Positions 35,163 through 43,518 of a stretch of DNA of 43,518 nucleotides are shown here, one piece after another. The notes under the pieces were generated by a model. The model searched no databases. It was not told where the DNA came from and saw nothing but the letters and a program-made list of their open reading frames with translations. The position numbers were made by a program, and so were the translations under genes. Each line of letters opens with the position of its first letter. Position 1 is the first letter of the stretch. The DNA comes from Macrostomum lignano (Eukaryota): assembly GCA_002269645.1 (NCBI GenBank), contig NIVC01001282.1:1-43518 (forward strand), in the 5' to 3' direction.

Positions 35163-35552
35163 GAATCAGGGAGGGTGGCATTGTGGCAGTCTGGACTGAG
35201 AATCAGTCAGGGAGGGTGACAGCATTGCCTAAGAATCAGTCAGGGAGGGTGACAGCATTGCCTAAGAATCAGTCAGGGAGGGTGACAGCATTGCCTGAGA
35301 ATCAGTCAGGGAGGGTGACAGCATGGCCTGAGAATCAGTCAAGGAGGGTGACAGCATGACCTAAGAATCAGTCAGGGAGGTTGCAGCATGACCTGAGAAT
35401 CAGTCAAGGAGGGTGACAGCATGGCCTGAGAATCAGTCAGGGAGGGTGACAGCATGACCTGAGAATCAGTCAGGGAGGGTGACAGCATGACCTAAGAATC
35501 AGTCAGGGAGGTTGCAGCATGGCCTGAGAATCAGTCAGGGAGGGTGACAGTA
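35163..35552 (+). repeat. 33-bp minisatellite in calmodulin-like intron 2
   Basis: Unit GAATCAGTCAGGGAGGGTGACAGCAT(G/T)(A/G)CCT(G/A)A, about 11 copies. Confidence 0.92.
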
Positions 35553-35584
35553 ATAATCAACAGCAAGCACCCCGACCCTGCCAG

Positions 35585-35717
35585 TCGCATACTGACCACC
35601 CGCGGCGACAAGATGACCCCGGAGGAGGCGGACGAGATGATCCAGGCGGCCGACATGGACGCAGACGGCATGATTGACTACGAAGAATTTGCCGCCGCAC
35701 TCGGGGAAGATGAGTAA
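35585..35717 (+). CDS. Calmodulin-like protein, exon 3; spliced protein 166 aa
   Basis: Acceptor CCTGCCAG; encodes RILTTRGDKMTPEEADEMIQAADMDADGMIDYEEFAAALGEDE then TAA. Confidence 0.9.
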
Positions 35718-35790
35718 AATAAGAAAGTCGAAAATTTACTTCTACCTACTACTGATACTAAAAAGTAGTGTAAATACTGTGAACATTCTA

Positions 35791-35808
35791 AATAAAATTT
35801 GTAATAAA
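35791..35808 (+). promoter_or_regulatory. Tandem poly(A) signals of the calmodulin-like gene
   Basis: AATAAA at 35791-35796 and 35803-35808, about 75-90 nt after the stop. Confidence 0.6.
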
Positions 35809-36634
35809 TAAGAAGTCGCACAGTCACGGGTATTTCGAAACTCGCACAGTGAAATCAAGCACTCGTTTATATCTGTCTGTTACAATGCAGCATCAAGGGA
35901 TTTTGTTTTCTCAACCACAAGCAACTCATATTCATAGGAGGGTTCGGGAACAGAGGAAGAAGCTGACAAAAAATTATTTAAAATATTATTATTACTGATT
36001 TATAATTTCAATGCGCTATACACGCTACTTTAAACGACCAAGGTTCAGACAAGTAGTGCACACCGTACAGGAGCTCCCACAATGGCCTGCACTGCAATGC
36101 GTAGGGCAACAAAAATGCTGAATCGCTCAATTGAGAAACAACAACCAAACAAAAAAACAAAAAATTAAGACAATACATATTTTTTTAAATTTTACGACAG
36201 CAACGAATGATGCAACATTAGTGAGGCCTACAATAGCAGGATCGAAAATTTTTGAAGCTTACTTAAAATCATCTCCTTAGAAGATCTACGGCAACAGGAA
36301 AAAATAGCGATCATCAGTCAGACAATGGAATCCACAGCGTTAAACTACTATATGCCGTAACAATTTACTAATATTATATTAAGTATCCAGAGTTTACAAT
36401 TTAAGTAATGCATCAACTGTGTCTCAACTGCCTGACAACATGGATTAGGGAGGGGTATTGATCAACAAAACAACTGTACTTTTCTAGGCGAATCCTTACT
36501 AATATAACTTTTATGGGTCAGAAATTAATCTGGTAGGTTATTAGAGAAACCAACAGACAAATTAGATGGCATCAAGCCGAACTGAGATTATTATATATCC
36601 AGGTTCACCAGACTGGAGCTGTGGGGTAGCTGAA

Positions 36635-37063
36635 GGCCCGCTGAAGGATCAGGGAGGGTGCAGCGGTGGCCCGCTGAAGGATCAGGGAGGGTGCAGCGGT
36701 GGCCCGCTGAAGGATCAGGGAGGGTGCAGCGGTGGCCCGCTGAAGGATCAGGGAGGGTGCAGCGGTGGCCCGCTGAAGGATCAGGGAGGGTGCAGCGGTG
36801 GCCCGCTGAAGGATCAGGGAGGGTGCAGCGGTGGCCCGCTGAAGGATCAGGGAGGGTGCAGCGGTGGCCCGCTGAAGGATCAGGGAGGGTGCAGCGGTGG
36901 CCCGCTGAAGGATCAGGGAGGGTGCAGCGGTGGCCCGCTGAAGGATCAGGGAGGGTGCAGCGGTGGCCCGCTGAAGGATCAGGGAGGGTGCAGCGGTGGC
37001 CCGCTGAAGGATCAGGGAGGGTGCAGCGGTGGCCCGCTGAAGGATCAGGGAGGGTGCAGCAGT
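36635..37063 (+). repeat. Homogeneous 33-bp minisatellite, 13 copies
   Basis: Unit GGCCCGCTGAAGGATCAGGGAGGGTGCAGCGGT, essentially invariant. Confidence 0.97.
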
Positions 37064-37119
37064 GCTGATTTTCAATGCTCAAGGATGGAAATCTAAATCT
37101 TGGCATTTTCCAGGAATTA

Positions 37120-37125
37120 TTTATT
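37120..37125 (-). promoter_or_regulatory. Poly(A) signal of eIF5B
   Basis: AATAAA on the minus strand about 90 nt after the stop. Confidence 0.55.
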
Positions 37126-37213
37126 AAACACCCCAAGAAGTTCACGAGAGAAAAGTGTGCAATAGACGGAGAACAGGCGCCAAAGAAAGACCGCATAGTC
37201 AGGGGGGAGTCTC

Positions 37214-37435
37214 TCAATAAACATTGAAGGCTTTCTTTAGCTCGATGACCAGTTTCCAATCCTCCTTGCCGAGATCGTCGCGGAAGTACTGCTTGAGAGC
37301 GTCGATGCTCTCTCGGCTGACCCGGCTCATCAGCAGGTCGTTGTGGTCGAAGTGCCGGCCGTACATCTTCGGCGCGTCGCCAGGCAGTGCGGCGATTTTA
37401 ATGCACAGCTCGGCGCCTCGGCGGGCCTCTTCCAC
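37214..37435 (-). CDS. eIF5B: Translation initiation factor eIF5B, terminal exon
   Basis: Acceptor AAACAG|GTG; encodes VEEARRGAELCIKI...MYGRHFDHNDLLMSRVSRESIDALKQYFRDDLGKEDWKLVIELKKAFNVY then TGA. Confidence 0.93.
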   Translation of the reverse strand: MEEARRGAELCIKIAALPGDAPKMYGRHFDHNDLLMSRVSRESIDALKQYFRDDLGKEDWKLVIELKKAFNVY

Positions 37436-37519
37436 CTGTTTGCCGATATGTAGTGTAAAAGACTTTATAAGGCATGAATTTTCAATTAAAAGAGCTAAGA
37501 AAGACACTAGACACACCAA

Positions 37520-37635
37520 GAAAGACACTGAGACAGTCACTGAGACCGACACTGAGACAGTCACTGAGACCGACACTGAGACAGTCACTGAGACCGACAC
37601 TGAGACAGACGCTAAGACAGACGCTAAGACAGACA
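37520..37635 (+). repeat. 24-bp/12-bp tandem repeat in the last eIF5B intron
   Basis: CACTGAGACAGTCACTGAGACCGA x3 plus GACGCTAAGACA x2. Confidence 0.85.
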
Positions 37636-37675
37636 ATAAAACAGGCACCAGGACATAAAAAATGCAATAAGTCAC

Positions 37676-38027
37676 CTTTTTATGATTGAGCTCGAGCGAC
37701 TCGACCCGGCCGAGGTACACGGACTCCTTGCTAGGCACCGAGATCGGCGTGCCCACCTTGAGAATGCCGGCCTCAACAATGACGCCGCACACGATTGGGT
37801 CCCGGCTGTTGAAGATGAACTGCGGCAGGACGCGCAGCTTGCAGGGGAACACGGCGATGTCTTTGAACTTCTCCCGTTCCGCTTTGATTCGATCGTCTCG
37901 CCATTTGATGAACGCGTCGCTCAGGTGGTAGATGATGTCGGCAGTGAAAATCTTCACGCCGTGACTGTCCGCCAGCTCCTGCGCCTCGCGCTCCACCTTC
38001 ACGTCGAAGGCCAGAATGACCGCCCAC
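37676..38027 (-). CDS. eIF5B: eIF5B penultimate exon
   Basis: Acceptor CCCTCCAG; encodes WAVILAFDVKVEREAQELAD...IFTADIIYHL...AVFPCKLRVLPQFIFNSRDPIVCGVIVEAG...SLELNHKK; donor AAG|GTGACT. Confidence 0.93.
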
Positions 38028-38116
38028 CTGGAGGGGAATTCAGGGTTAACGATTGGTTTCACCTGCATAAGTTAGAGTACAAAGTAATCCTACCCTGAAT
38101 AATCTATATCCGCATT

Positions 38117-39107
38117 GGCTAGATTAGCAATCCATTCTATTCCTTCATTTGAATGGACTAGATTAGCAATCCATTCTATTCTTTCGTTTGAATGGACTAG
38201 ATTAGCAATCCATTCTATTCCTGCATCCTTGTGGGCTAGATTAGCAATCCATTCTATTCCTGCATCCTTGTGGGCTAGATTAGCAATCCATTCTATTCCT
38301 TCATTTGAATGGACTAGATTAGCAATCCATTCTATTCTTTCATTTGAATGGACTAGATTAGCAATCCATTCTATTCCTTCATTTGAATGGACTAGATTAG
38401 CAATCCATTCTATTCTTCCATTTGAATGGACTAGATTAGCAATCTATTCTATTCCTGCATTCTTGTGAGCTAGATTAGCAATCCATTGTATTCCTGCATC
38501 CTTGTGGGCTAGATTAGCAATCCATTCTATTCCTTCATTTGAATGGACTAGATTAGCAATCCATTCTATTCTTTCATTTGAATGGACTAGATTAGCAATC
38601 CATTCTATTCTTTCATTTGAATGGACTAGATTAGCAATCCATTCTATTCTTTCATTTGAATGGACTAGATTAGCAATCCATTCTATTCTTTCGTTTGAAT
38701 GGACTAGATTAGCAATCCATTCTATTCCTGCATCCTTGTGGGCTAGATTAGCAATCCATTCTATTCCTTCATTTGAATGGACTAGATTAGCAATCCATTC
38801 TATTCTTTCATTTGAATGGACTAGATTAGCAATCCATTCTATTCTTTCATTTGAATGGACTAGATTAGCAATCCATTCTATTCTTTCATTTGAATGGACT
38901 AGATTAGCAATCCATTCTATTCTTTCGTTTGAATGGACTAGATTAGCAATCCATTCTATTCCTGCATCCTTGTGGGCTAGATTAGCAATCCATTCTATTC
39001 TTTCATTTGAATGGACTAGATTAGCAATCCATTCTATTCTTTCATTTGAATGGACTAGATTAGCAATCCATTCTATCCCTGCATCTACATGGGCTAGATT
39101 AGCAATC
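38117..39107 (+). repeat. 39-bp minisatellite with two unit variants, filling an eIF5B intron
   Basis: Units GACTAGATTAGCAATCCATTCTATTCTTTCATTTGAATG and GGCTAGATTAGCAATCCATTCTATTCCTGCATCCTTGTG, about 25 copies. Confidence 0.95.
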
Positions 39108-39132
39108 CCTAAACCCCCAGACAGCGCCTCAC

Positions 39133-39341
39133 TGTGGATCCTTCTCCAGCATGATGCTGCACTTAGTGACGTCGCGCTTGTGCACCGGGCCGATGTTGAT
39201 GCCGCAGTAGGGTATCTTCTCCGTACGCAGAAACAACAGCAGAGCCTCCAGGGAGCCCAGCGTGCTGGCTTGCACATACACACCCGTGTCCTGCACTTCG
39301 ATGCTCTTCAACACTTTGCTCAGCTTGGCGCTGACGTCCAT
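39133..39341 (-). CDS. eIF5B: eIF5B internal exon (domain III); upstream exons lie outside the window
   Basis: Acceptor CTTTGTAG; encodes MDVSAKL...GVYVQASTLGSLEALLLFLRTEKIPYCGINIGPVHKRDV...LEKDP; donor CA|GTGAGG in phase 2, matching the next exon. Confidence 0.93.
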
Positions 39342-39544
39342 CTACAAAGTGGATAACGGGGGCTGAATTGATGTTAAATTGCTCCCAACTTGGGTGCCAG
39401 CATCCTTCGATACACTAAAGAACCACACGGGGATGCATTTGCGGAAAGAGACAATTAGCATTGAACAATGGGAGCTGAAAATACCGGTATTTAAATTTCA
39501 TGGCATCCCAAGAAAGACACTTCCAACACCCTAAAGCAGACCTT

Positions 39545-39882
39545 TAACACCATAAGACAGACACTACTAACACCCTAAGACAGACACTTCCGATACCCTA
39601 AGACAGACACTACCGACACCCTAAGACAGACACTACCGACACCCTAAGACACACTACTAACACCCTAAGACAGACACTACCAACACCCTAAGACAGACAC
39701 TCCAGACACCCTAAGACAGACACTCCAGACACCCTAAGACAGACACTCCAGACACCCTAAGACAGACACTACCGACACCCTAAGACAGACACTCCAGACA
39801 CCCTAAGACAGACACTACCGACACCCTAAGACAGACACTTCCGATACCCTAAGACAGACACTCCAGACATCCTAAGACACTA
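39545..39882 (+). repeat. 23-bp minisatellite
   Basis: Unit CACCCTAAGACAGACACT(CCAGA/ACCGA), about 14 copies. Confidence 0.92.
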
Positions 39883-40944
39883 AGAGGTTTTCTTATTCTA
39901 CCGGGGCACTCCTACCAAAATTTAAGCAACGTTTTACGAATGAGATCCTACTAACAATTAGTAGTAAGGTTAGAAGATTTTATTATTTTATTAAGAAAAT
40001 TTCACATCAAGGACATATGCGCCAACTCTATATTACAGTAGGAATTTAGTGTGTCCTCATTTATTGTATAGCATCGCAAAAAGTGTCGTGGGGGGGTAAA
40101 TCCGAATAAAAGAGGTTTAAACTATTTGGCCCGATAAAGAGTACATGCATAAGCTCGAGATGGATGGAGAGCAAACGAGGGGCCAGCTCGTGTCGAGTAG
40201 CTGCCAAGCTGATCAAGTGATGCGAAAGAAGGGAGACGGATACGCTAGGAGAGAAAGTTAGACTGAGAGAGAGAGAGAAGTGAGAGAAGAAAGGATTTTT
40301 TTAGCCCCACGTCCTGCCAGGCTCTCCTAGAAGACAGACAGCAGCAAGAACAGGAGAGACGCGCTGGCGCACACGCGAGTCCATGGCAGAGGATACTTGA
40401 GATTAAATTTACTCTCTCCTCCTCGCTATTTTCCTCTTCTAGATCGGAGCAACCCGGCAGCCCCACACAGGCAGAGCTTAATTCGCGTTTTAGCTGCTGA
40501 GAAAGAGGGCGAGAAATAGAGAGAGGGAGGGAGAGTATCGTATGAGAATCCGATTCGAGTGTACACAGAATTTCAGTACACCCAGTGGATGCACGAGTAG
40601 ACCAGTAGACAGCCACCCCACTGTCCGATCACTCTCCATTATCACCCCCACACACGCCGGCAGCGGTTGACCCGCTCTTAGCGAGAAAGTTTCCATTCGA
40701 AATGAGCCGACCCGATCCCCAGCTCTGTGGCAGTTTCAAGTAGTTAGCATAGTTAGCAAGCCAGCCAGTTCAGCTAACTGTGCCGCAATTGGGTGAAAGT
40801 GAAAGTAAGAAGATTAGAGTCTAGGATTGATTAAACACACCAACTGACTGCTCACATAGCCTTCTCTAGAGCCTGACACTAGAAGTCTGCTTTGAAAGTT
40901 CTGGAATGAGTTGTTCTCGGGGTTTGAAAAGCTGCTAATTCGGG

Positions 40945-41145
40945 CCTGATAGGTGGACATTGTGGCTCTGAAGGGAGTGACACTAGGTGGACATTGTGGA
41001 TTTGAAAGGAGTGACATTCCGGGTTTCATAGGAGGCCATTATGGATTCGGACCGAGTGACATTCCGGGTCTGATAGGTGGACATTTTGGCTCTGAAGGGA
41101 GTGACATTCCGGGTCTGATAGATGGACATTGTGTATTTGAACCGT
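40945..41145 (+). repeat. Degenerate 45-bp tandem repeat, about 4 copies
   Basis: Unit GATAGGTGGACATTTTGGCTCTGAAGGGAGTGACATTCCGGGTCT. Confidence 0.75.
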
Positions 41146-41939
41146 AATAAGTTCTCAATGATGCAAATAGGAGGTTTAAGGCGGCCAATGTACGCTAAAT
41201 TCCTAGAAGAGATTTCGGATCTACAGAAGATATAATTCTCCGACACTAGTAGAGTTAGAGAAGCACAGTTGAACCAATCGAATTGACGCACGGAATTCAG
41301 TGCATAGTGTTCACTCGCAGATCCTAGCAATGGGACTCGAGAATTTGGGAATGGGAATCTAGCAGGGGGATTAATATCTAAGCTGGGTGGATTTCAGTCG
41401 CCCGATATGCATGGATTTGCATGGACGCATGGATTTGCGATATATCTAATAGTAATAATAGGCAGACAGGCTGAGCAGCCATGAGCGGGGCTGCATAAAT
41501 TATCGACGCTTGCAAACGCAAAAAAGAATATTATATTATTGCCGATGAGCCATAAAAATACAGCGAAATATTCCGTCTCCCTATAGGCCAAGGGAAACTG
41601 GGTGAGGAATTTAGCAGATAAATTTTTCCCAGACTGGGGCTTCATATTGAAACAGTGCTTTAATATTTTATTAATAGCAGCTGTTCTCAATTGAACTGAA
41701 GCACAGCTAAATCTCACAAGTCTGTCTTTAAACCAACGAAATTCTAAATGAGCAAAAATGTCAGAGCCAGCATCCTTACTGACTCATCGCGATTTGGGGT
41801 CGATATTGAACCATTTTGCAAGGGCACTTTATAGCTCGTATACGTCGGTAATATATTGTTTCGCAACAATCTCATCAGTAAGGACTTAAAATTAGACCTT
41901 TTGTCCATTTTTCCTTCATTTTTACCGGGAGTGCAGAAT

Positions 41940-42290
41940 ATTTTAAACAGAAGAAACGTGAATGCTGCAATTAAGGGTCTAAGTGAGTCCAGGGAGATGT
42001 GCATGGCCTTAACCGGCCATGGATTCTTCCAGAGACATATCTGGTTGCAAACCAGTTGCCGTCACCTTCTGCCCTTATTTCAATACAAATATTGAAATAA
42101 TTGTGCGCGGCACAAACAGCTCGGCAACTCCAGGCGGATGGACGAACTGACCACCCCGGACAACATCCGTGATCTTTGCGCCTTCATCAGAGATACCGGC
42201 CGGATGAGGGTCGTCGATGCCTCCCCTGCGAACCTGCCGACTACTGGCGGGGTCAAAAATCCAGATCTTTAGAAATCCCTGGCTGTAGTG
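41940..42290 (+). mobile_element. Decayed 3' fragment of a related LOA-type LINE ORF2
   Basis: [10 protein letters not shown]...[16 protein letters not shown] and [21 protein letters not shown] parallel [26 protein letters not shown] and [17 protein letters not shown] of the full-length element. Confidence 0.65.
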
Positions 42291-42892
42291 TTCCGGTGCA
42301 TTTTTCAACCCTACCCATTTTAAAAAGCCGTCTCAGTATCAGCTTTAAGCAGCAGACAGGCAGGTTTAAAAAAGCGCAAGCAACTCACTGAGCGTAGGCG
42401 TGACTCATAAAAGTGATTACACAGGGCGTCATTACCAAAAGGTACAAATTAGCTAATGGAAAAAATCTTTTCAATTTAATTTTTTCATTGAATGTAGAAA
42501 CATGAAGACAGACAGACCTTAGAGATTTAGTATATTGTGATTCATCACGCTGCATGAAGTGGATAAAGAGTACAATTTACTTATGACATACATGTAGTGA
42601 ATAGACTGTGCTCTTGCTCAGGTGCCTGGATAACGACAGAGGCACATTGTGAGCTAGACAGACACGGGAGAAATCCTGCTAGCTGTTGTTGAGAATTTTT
42701 TAATTACGCACTGCAATGGAGGCCGCTTGCTCAAACACTGACTCAGTTGCAATGCAATTTTACTGCTGACAGTCTGCGGTTCTCTAAATCTTTATGACGC
42801 TGCTTTGACAATGCGCACTTTTTTTGTAAATTATTGATTTGCCAAGCCATAGAATAAACATGAGCGTATACAAATATTGAAAGGTGCAAACT

Positions 42893-43124
42893 GGAAAGTG
42901 AATCGCCGGGCACTCTGGCCATCCGACAAACGAGTTAGCCGATTGCATGGTCTTACTAGTTCGACCAGGACCAGTGGTGGCTTCAAAGCACAGGGAGAGG
43001 TGGGCAAACCGCCCCCGACTGTCGGCAATCCCGCGCGCTGTCCCCTGTCCTTTCCCCGCCTTCCATAGGGCCCTGCTTGGATTCAACCGCAGGACATCAG
43101 GGCGGTGACCATGGCCCTCTCGGC
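42893..43124 (+). mobile_element. Internal fragment of the same family as the full-length LINE (RNase H C-terminal region)
   Basis: About 42985-43122 aligns closely at the nucleotide level to 7535-7672 (AAGCACAGGGAGAGGTGGGC...GCCCCCGACTG.CGGCAATCCCGCGC...GGGCCCTGCTTGGA.TCAACCGCAGG...ACCATGGCCCTCTCGG), preceded by a diverged match to 7381-7430. Confidence 0.85.
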
Positions 43125-43518
43125 CGTTTCAATTTCCTGCTCATATAAGTATTGCTATTTATGGAGAAAACTGACTAAGACTAAGGTAAAGAGTGTTCCG
43201 AAATTCAAACGTGCTATTTCTTTTCTCCGTAAAGACTATAGAAAAGGTTAGATCAGTAGACAAGAACAATAACTGCAAAGCATATGCGAAAGTCAAACTC
43301 ATAAAAAAACTGGTGAAGGACATAAAAACCCATTCTAGTAACGATAAAAATACTTGGATTTGGACAATCTAGACTGGTAGACCCTAACCTGAGAAGGTAG
43401 GTTTGCGTGCAAACTGTTAAAATCAACATGAAAATACAGACAAGTCCAACACAGCAATGAGCCATCGTACAAAAGACTCAGCAAGCCTGTGGGTTTTGAC
43501 TCTTAATCAAATAAACGG

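Noticed and set aside
29948-39882. Regular 23-46 bp arrays as CRISPR
   Set aside because: Units are head-to-tail without unique spacers, there are no cas genes, and the context is eukaryotic and intron-containing.
41394-41717. Minus-strand ORF with weak Harbinger-nuclease-like LWLIGN segment
   Set aside because: Similarity is limited to a few residues and no DDE motifs are visible.
41855-41885. Hammerhead-like CTGATGA...CGAAAC on the minus strand
   Set aside because: Stem II (GATTGTTGC) gives only one pair, and stems I and III cannot be built.
43226-43240. CCGTAAAGAC resembling the start of a flatworm spliced leader as I recall it
   Set aside because: The match does not extend, and there is no donor site or Sm-binding site downstream.
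39342-43518. Further upstream eIF5B exons
   Set aside because: No minus-strand segment translated to recognisable eIF5B GTPase or domain II sequence; they presumably lie beyond the window.

Overview
Eukaryotic, repeat-rich invertebrate genomic DNA. GC-rich exons, GT-AG introns packed with minisatellites and a protocadherin suggest a free-living flatworm such as Macrostomum; this is inference, not verified. From left to right the window holds: (1) a decayed Ginger/GIN-type integrase (minus); (2) a full-length but lesioned LOA/Lian-type non-LTR retrotransposon (2211-8083) with a perfect 13-bp target-site duplication; (3) a 1.5-kb polypyrimidine tract; (4) an intronless, divergent nicotinic-type Cys-loop receptor gene (minus); (5) a 3-exon, 7-EC protocadherin with a CORE-type SINE in intron 2; (6) a GATA microsatellite and about a dozen minisatellite arrays; (7) an NDUFA3-like gene head-to-head with a 3-exon calmodulin-like gene; (8) the last three coding exons of eIF5B (minus); and (9) two more LOA-type LINE scraps. 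The most striking observation is in the receptor. Its only lesion is an in-frame TAA exactly where the conserved Trp (TGG) of the E-W motif belongs. That TAA lies in a predicted mRNA stem, making it a candidate for stop-codon correction by A-to-I editing or readthrough; simple pseudogenisation remains possible. Most long ORFs in the supplied track are repeat or antisense artefacts. No CRISPR, rRNA or intact tRNA gene is supported.
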